NCBI GenBank assembly: GCA_038231275.1
Contig: JBBRLQ010000015.1
Location: 32,001 to 96,000, forward strand
Direction: 5' to 3'
Source: Polyangiales bacterium
GTDB lineage: Bacteria; Myxococcota_A; Polyangia; Polyangiales; Polyangiaceae
DNA length: 64,000 nucleotides
In this document: positions 41,190 through 52,302 of the stretch, one piece after another
How positions within the stretch are numbered: the stretch's first letter is position 1
How the letters are laid out: each line of letters starts with the position of its first letter
Notes under the pieces: model-generated
The model's input: only the letters and a program-made list of their open reading frames with translations
What the model was told of the DNA's origin: nothing
Databases searched by the model: none
Program-made: the position numbers and the translations under genes

Positions 41190-42239
41190 TCACTCGCTCG
41201 CTGCCACGGCCGTCGCCTCGGCGATGATCTTGCGGAGCTTCACGATGCTCTCCGATTCGCCCATGACGATGAGCGTCGTGCCGTCCTGGATGGTGTAGTC
41301 CGGCTCGGGGTTGTACAAAAACGAGCGATCGGCCTCGCGCACGGCGACGACCAGGACGCGCGTCTCGCGGCGGATCGGCGTGTCCTTGAGCATGAGGCCG
41401 ACGAACGACGATCCCCCGCGCACCGTGATCTCTTCGAGGCGAAGGTTCTTGTCCTTGTCGCGGAGCATCTGATCGAGGAACTCGTTCACCTCGGGGCGAA
41501 TGAGCTCGCTCGCCATGCGGCGCCCGCCGATCTGCGTCGGGCTGACGACGCTCGTGGCGCCGGCCTTGACCATCTTGGGCGCCGCGTCGTCCTCGACGAC
41601 CTTCGACACGATGCGCGCCGAGGCGTTCAGGCTGCGCGCGCTCAGGGTGACGAAGAGGTTGTCCTTGTCGTGCGTCAGCGCCGCGACGATCCCACGCGCG
41701 GCCTTGATCCCGGCGGCGACCAGCACATGATCGTCGGTCGCGTCGCCGTGGATGTAGAGCATCTTGCCGGCGCACAGCTCGTCGCTCATTCGCTGCAAGT
41801 GCGGCTCGTTGCGGTCGATGACGACGAACGGTGTGTGCGTCGCGAGGAGCTCTTCGATGACGTGCTTGCCGGTGGAGCCTGCGCCGGCGACCACGATATG
41901 ACTGGTGAGCGAGGCGATCTGCTTGCGCATGCGATTTCTCCGGAGAGCCTGCCCGATGACGCCTTCGACGAGGAGGGCGGTCAAGTTGCCTTGGACGTAT
42001 GCGAGGGCGCCGACGCCGCTGATGATGAGGGCGATGGTGAGCGCGCGCGCACCAGGCACCTCGCCCATGTGCGACAGCTCCCCGAAGCCGACGGTGGAGA
42101 GCGTGATGACCGTCATGTAGACGCACTCGAAGAAGCGCCAGCGCCCGTGGCCGAGGAAGAAGAAGCCGACCGAGCCCGCAAACACCAGCGTGACGAGCAC
42201 CGCCAGCGCGGCGATCATCCGGCGGAGGAGGGCGTTCAT
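41190..42239 (-). CDS. Potassium channel with RCK domains (MthK/Kch-like)
   Basis: TLSTVGFG selectivity filter, GAGSTG Rossmann motif, GDAT, RCK-C. Confidence 0.92.
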   Translation of the reverse strand: MNALLRRMIAALAVLVTLVFAGSVGFFFLGHGRWRFFECVYMTVITLSTVGFGELSHMGEVPGARALTIALIISGVGALAYVQGNLTALLVEGVIGQALRRNRMRKQIASLTSHIVVAGAGSTGKHVIEELLATHTPFVVIDRNEPHLQRMSDELCAGKMLYIHGDATDDHVLVAAGIKAARGIVAALTHDKDNLFVTLSARSLNASARIVSKVVEDDAAPKMVKAGATSVVSPTQIGGRRMASELIRPEVNEFLDQMLRDKDKNLRLEEITVRGGSSFVGLMLKDTPIRRETRVLVVAVREADRSFLYNPEPDYTIQDGTTLIVMGESESIVKLRKIIAEATAVAASE

Positions 42240-43150
42240 CGGTGGGCGAGTATATCCGCCAGGGCGTCACTCACGTGCTCGAACGAGAAGCGGAAGCCGG
42301 CGGCGAGGAGCGCGGCGGGGATCACGCGTTGGCCGGAGAGCACCACGTCGGCGCGCTCGCCCAGCGCGGCGCGAACGGCGAACGACGGGGCGCGCATCAC
42401 CGACGGCCGGTGCAGCGCCTTGCCGATGCCGGCGGCCATCTCGTTCATGCTGACCGCGTTCGGCGCGACGACGTTGAACGGGCCGTCGAGCGTCGCGGTG
42501 TCGCACGCGAAGAGGAGCGCGCGGACGGCGTCGGAGAGGTGGATCCAGCTCATGATCTGCTTGCCGCTTCCGATCGGCCCGCCGACGAACGCGCGGAACG
42601 GCGGCAGCATCTTCTCGAGCGCGCCGCCGGGGCCGAGGACGATGCCGATCCGCGCGAGGGGCACGCGCGCTCCCGCTTCCTTCGCCGGGCTCGTGGCGGC
42701 CTCCCAGGACTCGCAGAGCTTCGCGAGCACGTCGGTGCCGTGCGCGCCGCCCTCGGTGAAGCGCAGATCCTCCGTCTGCATCCCGTAGATGCCGATCGCC
42801 GACGCGCTCACGTACACCGGCTTGCGACCGGCCTGGTGCGCGCGCGCGACCGCCTCGGAGACGAGCCGCGTGGAGACGACGCGGCTGTCCACGAGCACCT
42901 TCATGCGGGCGGGCGTCCACTTCTCGTCCATCACGCCAGCGCCGGCCAGGCCGAAGACCGCGTCGGCCTCTTCGACGTACCGCTGCCAGTTGCCGGGCAC
43001 CCCGGGATCCCACGGAACCGCGTGGATCGCGGGCTCGAGCTCGCGCGCGACCCCTCGCGTGAGGATCGTCACGTCATCCCCGCGCGCGGCGAGCGCCGCA
43101 CAAAGCGCGCTCCCGACGAACCCCGTACCACCGGTGACGACCGCCTTCAT
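42236..43150 (-). CDS. TIGR01777/YfcH-family NAD-dependent epimerase
   Basis: TGGTGFVG, SASAIGIYG, GSGKQIMSWIH, GPFNVVAP. Confidence 0.9.
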   Translation of the reverse strand: MKAVVTGGTGFVGSALCAALAARGDDVTILTRGVARELEPAIHAVPWDPGVPGNWQRYVEEADAVFGLAGAGVMDEKWTPARMKVLVDSRVVSTRLVSEAVARAHQAGRKPVYVSASAIGIYGMQTEDLRFTEGGAHGTDVLAKLCESWEAATSPAKEAGARVPLARIGIVLGPGGALEKMLPPFRAFVGGPIGSGKQIMSWIHLSDAVRALLFACDTATLDGPFNVVAPNAVSMNEMAAGIGKALHRPSVMRAPSFAVRAALGERADVVLSGQRVIPAALLAAGFRFSFEHVSDALADILAHR

Positions 43151-43204
43151 TTCCTCATAGTGCCGATTTGGCGGTCTTTTGGGAAATGCGGATACGATGG
43201 CGGC

Positions 43205-44239
43205 ATGTGGCTCCGTGTTCGTCGCTCGCAGGCCCTGGCGGTCGCCGCCGCGCTCCTCGTCTCCCTCGCGGCGGCGTGCCAGCCCGCGACGGTCGCCGAG
43301 GCGGAGGCCAAGGGGGACATCTCGTGGCTCGACACCAACGGCTCGGCGGAGGCGATCTCGGCGTTGGGGCGCCTCAGCGACAAGAGCCCGCGCGCGCTCG
43401 ACGTCCTGAAGAAGCGCGCGAGCTTCGACACCAACGCGTACATCGCGGCGTGGGTCGCGGCGAAGCGGAGCCAGCCGTGGGGCTCCGAGGTGCTGCGCGA
43501 CGGCCTCACCAACCCCAACCGCGCGGAGGCTGCGGCGTCGGCGATGACACGGAAGGACGCGCTCCTCGCGACGTTCGTTCCGGACATCGAGGGGGCGATG
43601 TCGCGTCTGTCGGCGGGGGCGTCGGGCGGATCGCTCGGCGCGCTCCTCGCTAGCATCGGACCGCCCGCGCACGCGGCGATCGAGAGGCGCCTGAAGGACG
43701 GCGCGTCGCGCGGCGCAATGTGCTCCGGCATCGCCGCCCCCGACACCAGCGCCGACGCGCGCGCCGTGCTGCTCGCCGTCCCCACCGAGTCGCGCGACCA
43801 CATGCTCTGCGTGAACGCCGTCGTCACGATGGCCGCCACCGACGACGCCACGATCACCTGGCTCGCCGGCACCGCCGAGCCGGGCCTCCTCTCCTCGGTC
43901 GCGAAGGCCTCGAACGTCCCGTGCGCGCGGATCCACACGCTGTGGACCAAGGCGCTCGCGGGCCGCACCGCGCAGATTTATTCGGGGCTCACCGTCCCCA
44001 TCGCGCTTTCCATCAAGCGATGCCCCGAGATCATGGATGGCGTCCTCAGCGACGCGCTCCAGCACATCCCCGGAGTTCGCGCGACGATCGTCCAGGCGAT
44101 CGATCCGTATGGCGGCGAGACCGGTCAGCTCAAGGAGACGTGCAAGATCCTCGCGACGATCGCCAACGGAGGAGACTCGGGGATCGTCCGCGAGCGGGCG
44201 CTCGATCAGGTCCAGCACGGCTGCAGGAACAAGCAGTAG
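43205..44239 (+). CDS. Helical hypothetical lipoprotein
   Basis: LAAAC lipobox; helical Ala-rich body with several Cys. Confidence 0.8.
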   Translation: MWLRVRRSQALAVAAALLVSLAAACQPATVAEAEAKGDISWLDTNGSAEAISALGRLSDKSPRALDVLKKRASFDTNAYIAAWVAAKRSQPWGSEVLRDGLTNPNRAEAAASAMTRKDALLATFVPDIEGAMSRLSAGASGGSLGALLASIGPPAHAAIERRLKDGASRGAMCSGIAAPDTSADARAVLLAVPTESRDHMLCVNAVVTMAATDDATITWLAGTAEPGLLSSVAKASNVPCARIHTLWTKALAGRTAQIYSGLTVPIALSIKRCPEIMDGVLSDALQHIPGVRATIVQAIDPYGGETGQLKETCKILATIANGGDSGIVRERALDQVQHGCRNKQ

Positions 44240-44243
44240 ACGC

Positions 44244-45812
<1,569 letters not shown>

Positions 45813-45815
45813 CGC

Positions 45816-46913
45816 TCAGGCCTTTTTCTGGAAGAGCTCGCGCTCGCCGAGGAGTCCCTCGGGCCGCAGCGCCATGAGGACGATCAGGACCGCCGCGTAG
45901 ATGATCATGCGGAGGGCGTTGAGATCGAGCGACTCGAACTCGCGCTTCAGCGCCTGCACCGCGCTAGTGCTCTGTGCGAGCTCGATCACCTTGACGCTGA
46001 AGGTGACGAAGATGCCGCCGATCGCGGCGCCGGTGACGCTCCCGGAGCCGCCGAGGATGACCATCGTGATCGCGTCGAACGATGCCTGGAACGCGAAGCT
46101 GTCCGGCTGCACGATCGGCGTGCCGTCGCGCATGATCGCCATCAGACCGCCCGCGAGCCCCGCGCCCACCGCCGCGATGACGAACGACGTCACCTTGTAG
46201 CGCGTGGGATCGACGCCCACCGACGCGGCCGCGATCTCGTCTTCACGAAGCGCACGCAGCGCGCGGCCCCACCCGCTGAATTTGATGCGCCAGGCGACGA
46301 CGCCGAGCAGCGCCGCGAGGCCGAACACCCAGAAGGGACCGGCGTAGAGCGGAATGCCGGCGTTCCTCGGCCCTGCGTAGCCGTTCTGCCCGCCGAGCTT
46401 GGAGAGGAGGACCGCGAGGCCGTGAAAGAAGCCTCCGCCGGCGTCGCCGCCCGTCGGGCTCTGCGTCTGGATTTGCGCGGTGGTGACGACGAGGCGCACG
46501 ATCTCCGCGAAGCCGAGCGTCACGATCGCGAGGTAGTCGCCTTTGAGGCGGAGGCTCGGCAGGCCGACGACGAATCCGAAGAGACCGCTCACCGCAGCCG
46601 CCGACACGAGCGCGGCGGGGACCACGATGAACGAGCGCGCGAAGGTGATCTCGCCGCCGCCGAGCGCCTCGTGGAGGTTGGCGGTTACCAGCGCGCTGGC
46701 GTAGGCGCCGAGCGCGAGGAAGCCCGCGTGGCCGATCGAGAACTGCCCCGCCATGCCGTTGATCACGTTGAGCGAGAGCGCCACGAGGACGTTCACCGCC
46801 GCGAGCATCAGGAGCTGCCGGATGGAGCTGTCGGTGATCGCTCGCTCCAGCCCGAAGTCGAGCGCCAGCACGACGACGAGCACGACGAGGCCGATGAGGA
46901 TCCCGCGACGCAC
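45816..46913 (-). CDS. livM: Branched-chain amino acid ABC permease
   Basis: [42 protein letters not shown]. Confidence 0.92.
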   Translation of the reverse strand: MRRGILIGLVVLVVVLALDFGLERAITDSSIRQLLMLAAVNVLVALSLNVINGMAGQFSIGHAGFLALGAYASALVTANLHEALGGGEITFARSFIVVPAALVSAAAVSGLFGFVVGLPSLRLKGDYLAIVTLGFAEIVRLVVTTAQIQTQSPTGGDAGGGFFHGLAVLLSKLGGQNGYAGPRNAGIPLYAGPFWVFGLAALLGVVAWRIKFSGWGRALRALREDEIAAASVGVDPTRYKVTSFVIAAVGAGLAGGLMAIMRDGTPIVQPDSFAFQASFDAITMVILGGSGSVTGAAIGGIFVTFSVKVIELAQSTSAVQALKREFESLDLNALRMIIYAAVLIVLMALRPEGLLGERELFQKKA

Positions 46914-46931
46914 GAGCGCCCTTTTTTTACC

Positions 46932-47639
46932 CTACTTCACGACGCGCAGGTACGGCGGGAGCTCGCGCTTCTTGGACGGGCTCTTCTTGGCGGCGGGAGG
47001 CGGCGCGCGGTGATGATGGTTCGGCGCCGGCGCGGGGACCGGACGGGCGACCGGCTGGGGCCCGCGAGGCGAGCTCGGCTCCGCAGACGGCACCGCGACG
47101 AGCTGCGGCCGCGCGTCGGGCACCGCCTCGGGCGCGCCGCGCTTCTTCTTCGTCTTCTTCGCGCCTTTGTCCAAGGAGTGCTTGTCGGTCTTCGCATCGG
47201 CGACGCGGCGAGCGCCCCCCCTGCCCCCCTTCTTGGAGGAAGACGGCTCGGGAACCGCCGTGGGCCCATCGGCTTTGCTGCGTGAGGGCACCGCCTCCGG
47301 GCCCCGCGGCTGCTTGGCGATCTCGGGAGGGACCTCGTCCGGCCAGACCATCCCGCGACCGTCATCCCCCACCATCGCGAAGACGGAGAGCCACGGCACG
47401 ACGCAGTAGAACGGCGACCGGTTGAAGCTGAGCGTGCACGCCAGGCCCTCTTCGTCGAGGCGAAGGTCGGGGATCGGCACCGGCATGTTGAGGCCGATTT
47501 GGAGGACCAACTGCGGCTGCCGCTTGAACCAGGGCGGAACGACGACGCCTGCCCCCCGCGGATCCAGATGAACGTGAACGCTGCTCCGCTCGAGCAGCGC
47601 GAGCGCGACATCCTTCTTGGGCGGGAGCGGGTGCGACAT
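46932..47639 (-). CDS. sspB: SspB-like ClpXP adaptor
   Basis: HLDPR..VVVP, LVLQIG, TLSF, disordered linker, C-term YLRVVK (ClpX-binding-type tail). Confidence 0.8.
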   Translation of the reverse strand: MSHPLPPKKDVALALLERSSVHVHLDPRGAGVVVPPWFKRQPQLVLQIGLNMPVPIPDLRLDEEGLACTLSFNRSPFYCVVPWLSVFAMVGDDGRGMVWPDEVPPEIAKQPRGPEAVPSRSKADGPTAVPEPSSSKKGGRGGARRVADAKTDKHSLDKGAKKTKKKRGAPEAVPDARPQLVAVPSAEPSSPRGPQPVARPVPAPAPNHHHRAPPPAAKKSPSKKRELPPYLRVVK

Positions 47640-47704
47640 CTGGTGGTGGAAGGATAGCCTGCGCGCGCGGGGCGTGACGTACAAAGCCATGGTACACCGC
47701 CCGC

Positions 47705-48313
47705 GTGGCGGTTCGCACCTTCCTCGAGACCCCGCCGGTCCCGTGCAGGGTGCCCGAATCGGTGTTCGACGCGTTCGGATGGTGCGACAGCGATCGGCTC
47801 GAGTGGCGGCGTCCTGGCGACCTACTGGACGTGACAGCCCCACTGGACGGTTCGAACCCTGCGCGAATGGTCTTCGTCCTCCGCGAGCCGCGCGCGTTCT
47901 TGCCGATGGAGCTCGCGTGCCTCCACGCCTTCGGGCTGGGGCTCGTCGAAGAAATGGCCCTCGCGCCGTACGGAATCGACGACGCGACCGACGGCCTGTA
48001 CGAGTACCGCGTTCGTCCGGGCGATGCGATGTGGCTCGCCGCCGACAACCTCAACGCGCTGGTGTGGGGGCTCCACGACTGGGCGCATTTCCACAACCAC
48101 GGCCCGTTCGAGGCGCGCGCGTGGACCGAGCTTCAATGCGACGGCACAGCGCTCGCCTGGCTGAGGCGAAACGCCGGTGCGATCGGACTCGACGACGCGA
48201 CGCTTGCTCGAATCGAGGGCGAGCTCGTCCTGCTCTCGCTCGCGCGGTTCGCGGCGGAAGGCGTGGATGCGCGCGAGGTCGCGGCGACGTTGGCGGCGCT
48301 CGGTCGCTCCTGA
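47705..48313 (+). CDS. Hypothetical protein with His cluster
   Basis: GC3-biased ORF; LHDWAHFHNH...ELQCD. Confidence 0.65.
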   Translation: MAVRTFLETPPVPCRVPESVFDAFGWCDSDRLEWRRPGDLLDVTAPLDGSNPARMVFVLREPRAFLPMELACLHAFGLGLVEEMALAPYGIDDATDGLYEYRVRPGDAMWLAADNLNALVWGLHDWAHFHNHGPFEARAWTELQCDGTALAWLRRNAGAIGLDDATLARIEGELVLLSLARFAAEGVDAREVAATLAALGRS

Positions 48314-49048
48314 TCAGGCGGCCGCGGGCTCGGTCCAGAACGGCGTGGGGACGCTCCCCTGGATGCGCCCCGTGACCTCGCGAACGCCGCGCCAGAAGAG
48401 CCCCTCGATGGGCCCGAACTTCACGAGCCCTTTTTCGCGTACGTAGTCCATGTTCGCGCGGCTGTTCGCGGCGAAGGCGCGTCCCTCGATCTCACGAAGG
48501 CGCGCGAGCTCGCGCACGAGCGTCGCCTCGTCGGGCGCGTAGCGACGCGAGATCGCCCGGCAGTACTTGAGGTGACGGGCCTCGTCCTTCGCGATCTGCT
48601 CGACGATCTCCGCGGTCTTCGGATCGACCTTGCGGTACGCGCGGACGTGGAGCCCGAACTGCGTCGACGCGCGCTCCTCGATCACTTGCAAGAGCAGGTA
48701 CGCGCGCATCACGTCCTCGCGCGATTTCATCGGCTGGTCCATGACGCCGCCGAGGAGATCGTCGATGCGCTTCAGGAGCTTCAAGTGCTCGGGCACCTTC
48801 GGCGCGGGCACGCCGGTCCGCGCGAGGCACGCCATGAAGAGCTCTGCGTGGCGAAGCTCGTCCTCCTGGTGACGCTTCACGAGCTTCGCGAGATCGTCGT
48901 CCTCCACCCACGTGAGCAGGCGATCGAAGAGCGCGCCCTCGTCGCTCGCCTCGGCGTCGGCGCACGTCGCGAGGACATGCGCGCGCCCCTCGGGCGACGA
49001 GACGAGGCGTTCGAAGTACGCGAGGGTCAGGGTCTCTTGGAGGCTCAT
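48314..49048 (-). CDS. Ferritin-like di-iron protein
   Basis: E...DELRH and EE...DEARH paired ExxH motifs. Confidence 0.85.
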   Translation of the reverse strand: MSLQETLTLAYFERLVSSPEGRAHVLATCADAEASDEGALFDRLLTWVEDDDLAKLVKRHQEDELRHAELFMACLARTGVPAPKVPEHLKLLKRIDDLLGGVMDQPMKSREDVMRAYLLLQVIEERASTQFGLHVRAYRKVDPKTAEIVEQIAKDEARHLKYCRAISRRYAPDEATLVRELARLREIEGRAFAANSRANMDYVREKGLVKFGPIEGLFWRGVREVTGRIQGSVPTPFWTEPAAA

Positions 49049-49054
49049 GCGAGA

Positions 49055-49084
49055 ACAATATGACCAAATTGGTATTTTGGTCAA
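49055..49084 (-). promoter_or_regulatory. Promoter with overlapping inverted-repeat operator
   Basis: Minus strand TTGACC-N18-TATTGT, 6 nt before the ATG; TGACCAAA-N7-TTTGGTCA (49061-49083). Confidence 0.7.
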
Positions 49085-49131
49085 TCGGTCACATGCGGTT
49101 TAGTTGTAAGTGCTTGTTTGTATTGCGCCCG

Positions 49132-49890
49132 CTAGCTCGTGGCGCGCGCGAGGCGGTCGAACAACCAGGCGGGCATGTAGCGCGAGAGGCCCGTGAGGAA
49201 CGCGAGAGGAAGCGGGAACGCGATCATCGCGGGCCCCGATTCGAGTCGGTTCGCGATGACGCGCGCGGCCTTTTCGGCGCTCCACTCGAACGGACGCGCG
49301 TGCGTCGAGCCCTTCGACATCTCCGTCGCGACGAAGCCGGGTTGGACGTCGGTCACGCGGATGCCGGCCTCGTGGAGATCGAGGCGCAACGTCTCGAGGA
49401 ACGTGGAGACCGCGGCCTTGCTCGCCGCATACGGCCCAGAGTTGGGCAAGCCACGACGGCCGGCGAGGCTCGTCACGCCGACGAGGTGCCCGCCCTGGTG
49501 CGCGAGGAAGATCGGGATCGCGGCCATGAGCGTGGCCATCGCGCCGCGCGTGTTCACGTCGAAGACGCGCGAGACCTCGTCCCACTTCAGGGTGCCGGAG
49601 TGGCCGTAGTGACCGACGCCGGCGTTTGCGACGACCATCTCGAGCGCACCGAGGTCGGCGTCGGCCTTCTGCACGGCGGCGCGGATTGCGTCGGGATCCG
49701 CGACGTCGACGGGGAGCACGAGCGCGCGGCCCCCACGGTCTTCGATGATCTTTGCGACCGCGCGGAGCTCCTCTTCGCGACGTGCACAGAGGGCGACGTG
49801 GGCGCCGCGCGTGGCGAGCTCGATCGCGAGCGCGCGGCCGATTCCGCTGGAGGCGCCGGTGACGAGTGCGGTCTTGACGGGCATTTTCAC
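49132..49890 (-). CDS. SDR-family oxidoreductase
   Basis: TGASSGIG, NAG, YAASK, PGFVAT. Confidence 0.92.
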   Translation of the reverse strand: MKMPVKTALVTGASSGIGRALAIELATRGAHVALCARREEELRAVAKIIEDRGGRALVLPVDVADPDAIRAAVQKADADLGALEMVVANAGVGHYGHSGTLKWDEVSRVFDVNTRGAMATLMAAIPIFLAHQGGHLVGVTSLAGRRGLPNSGPYAASKAAVSTFLETLRLDLHEAGIRVTDVQPGFVATEMSKGSTHARPFEWSAEKAARVIANRLESGPAMIAFPLPLAFLTGLSRYMPAWLFDRLARATS

Positions 49891-49940
49891 GCGAGGATTA
49901 GCAAACGGGGCCCGGAACGCTCACACTTTCAACGCGCCTC

Positions 49941-50606
49941 ATGCCCGGACGCCCTCGCCTTCGCCCTAGCTCGCGCCCTCGCGCGCGCCTCGTCTCGCCG
50001 CTCGCCGCCGCGGGCGCGCTCACCTTCTCGATGGCCGCCGCGCCCGGATCCGCGCGCGCCGACGAGACGTTCGGCGTCTCCTTCGCGGTCGCCGAGGAGG
50101 AGAAGCACCCCGTCCAGTCCGATGCGTGGATCGAGGCGCAGCTCGCCTCCGCCGAGAAGCTCTTCGGCCCCCTCGGCGTCCACTTTCGCTGGACGCAGAA
50201 GAAGCCCCTCGCCGCGGAGCACACCCGCCTCGAGAGCCGCCGCGATCGCGACGTGCTGGAGGCCGAGCTGGAGCGCGGCGTCATCAACGTGTTCGTCGTC
50301 GCGTCGCTGCGTGACGTCGACGACCCGAGCCTCTACCGGATGGGCGTGTGCTGGCGGCGCGGCAACGAGGGCAAGCCCTACCTGGTGGTGGCAGCGTCCG
50401 CGAGGCCGACCGTCCTCGCGCACGAGCTCGGGCATTTCTTCGGCAACCCGCACTCGTCCACGCCGAACAACGTCATGAGCTACGTGCGCACCGACGCCGA
50501 GGTCTTCTTCGACGAAGGTCAGATGCGTACGATTCGCGTCTGGGCGAAGCGTCACGTCGCGGACAGGTGGGTCGTCCCGCTCGGCCCCGCGAAGTTCTTC
50601 CCGTGA
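49941..50606 (+). CDS. Secreted metzincin-type metallopeptidase
   Basis: HELGHFFGNPH zinc motif and NVMSY Met-turn. Confidence 0.8.
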   Translation: MPGRPRLRPSSRPRARLVSPLAAAGALTFSMAAAPGSARADETFGVSFAVAEEEKHPVQSDAWIEAQLASAEKLFGPLGVHFRWTQKKPLAAEHTRLESRRDRDVLEAELERGVINVFVVASLRDVDDPSLYRMGVCWRRGNEGKPYLVVAASARPTVLAHELGHFFGNPHSSTPNNVMSYVRTDAEVFFDEGQMRTIRVWAKRHVADRWVVPLGPAKFFP

Positions 50607-50635
50607 TCCGCGCGGTCTGAGGCGCTAGAGGCGCT

Positions 50636-52258
50636 CTACTTGCACTTCACGAGCGGCGCGAGCGGCGCGAACGTGAAGCCGTCGGCCGGCGTCTGCGTGT
50701 CGGCGTCGGTCATCGCCTTCTCGAGCGCGGCCTTGATCGCCGTGTACGTCTGATCGAATTTGTTCGTCGCGTCGGTCGTGGCGACGCACAAGAACTTCGG
50801 CGTGCCGCAGATGTCGACGGTCTCGCACCCCGGCGTGGCGGGCGCGGCGGGCTCGAGGTCCTTGTCGCCGTAGAGCGCTACGCCGGCGATGACGACGAGC
50901 CGCACTTGCTTGGGCGTCGCAGCGACGACGGCGTCGTACGGCGCGTTCGCGTCCCCGGAGTAGACGACGAGATCGGCGACGTACCCTTCCTTGATCTGGC
51001 CGATGCGATCGTCGAGCGCGAGGACCTTCGCGGCGTTCAGGGTCGCCATCCCCAGTAGATCCTTCGCCTTGAGGCGGTCGCCGAAGTGGCTGTTGTCCCA
51101 CGCGTCGGCGAAGCGCAGCTCGTCGAGCATGTTCTGGCTTCCGCCCATCGACCAGTCCGGCGCGAGCGCGACGACGAGGCCCGCGTCGAGCGCCAGCGGG
51201 ATTTGGGCGGTCTGCTGGTAGAGCGCGACGTTCGACGCCGGCGACCACGTCAGCTTCATGCCCTTCTGCGCCATCGTCGCGAACTCGGTCGCCGTGAACG
51301 CGGTGCCGTGCGTGATCGTGGTCTGCGGCGCGTAGAGGCAATCGGCGGGGCTCGACGAGCTGCCGAGCGTCGCGAACTCGCCGAGCGCCTTCGCGTTGGT
51401 CCCCTCGCCGACGTGGACGAGGAACGCCGTGGTGGTGAGGCTCGAGTAGTTGGTGCAAACGCCGCTGGGGTTGGACGGCGGGAAGAGCGCGCTGGTCTGG
51501 ACCTTGTCGGTCCCGAGGCCGTTCTGCGCCACGTCGATGGAGCGCGCGAGCGAGCCGAAGCACGCTGCGCTGGTGCCGGGCAGGCCGACGATGCTCGTGG
51601 TGCCGGCGATGAGGCCCTTGAGCTCGCCCCACTTGTCCATCTCGCAGCGCAGGCTCCCCGCGGCGTTGCCGTACGGCGTGCTCGCGCACCACGAGGGCTT
51701 TCCCTGCGAGTCGTTCGCGAGGCACTGCTTGACATCGAGCATCGCGGCGTACTTCGCCTCGCTCGTCCACTGCGTGTGATCCTGGTAGGTCGCGGCGGGG
51801 AGCCAGTCGGAGTCGTCGAAGACGTCGTAGAGGATGTGGTTGTGCGTGTCGATCATCCCGGGGGCGATGACGCTGCCCTGGATGAGCGCGGCGCCGGCCG
51901 CCTCGGGCTTCCCCGCGCATGCGCTGCCGGGCTGGACGCACACGATCTTGCCGGCCGCCACGAGGACCTGGCCGTCGATCACGGCGTCGGGCGTGACGAT
52001 CTTGCCGGTGAGGAGCAAGTTGCCGTTGCCGGGCGCGATCGCGTCGGGGGTGCCGCCGTCGGTGCTGCTGCCGTCGGTGCCGGGCGCGCCGTCCCCGTCC
52101 CCGCCGTCGGTGCCCGTCGTCCCGTCGGGATCGGTGCCGCCGTCGCCGCCGCCAGGCGGGATGTCGGCGCTCTTCGCGCCGCTGCATGCGAACAAGAAGA
52201 GGAAGGCGAGGCAGGAGGTGGGAGAGGCGAGTGAGGCGAAACGACCCGGGCGAGACAT
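50636..52258 (-). CDS. Amidohydrolase-superfamily lipoprotein
   Basis: LFAC lipobox, DGG linker, PGMIDTHNH, HVGEG, THG, LAPD, GQIKEGYVADL. Confidence 0.88.
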   Translation of the reverse strand: MSRPGRFASLASPTSCLAFLFLFACSGAKSADIPPGGGDGGTDPDGTTGTDGGDGDGAPGTDGSSTDGGTPDAIAPGNGNLLLTGKIVTPDAVIDGQVLVAAGKIVCVQPGSACAGKPEAAGAALIQGSVIAPGMIDTHNHILYDVFDDSDWLPAATYQDHTQWTSEAKYAAMLDVKQCLANDSQGKPSWCASTPYGNAAGSLRCEMDKWGELKGLIAGTTSIVGLPGTSAACFGSLARSIDVAQNGLGTDKVQTSALFPPSNPSGVCTNYSSLTTTAFLVHVGEGTNAKALGEFATLGSSSSPADCLYAPQTTITHGTAFTATEFATMAQKGMKLTWSPASNVALYQQTAQIPLALDAGLVVALAPDWSMGGSQNMLDELRFADAWDNSHFGDRLKAKDLLGMATLNAAKVLALDDRIGQIKEGYVADLVVYSGDANAPYDAVVAATPKQVRLVVIAGVALYGDKDLEPAAPATPGCETVDICGTPKFLCVATTDATNKFDQTYTAIKAALEKAMTDADTQTPADGFTFAPLAPLVKCK

Positions 52259-52302
52259 CCGGGGCAGTGAAGCACGAAGTGCGGGCAGGCGCCCGCCGTG
52301 GG

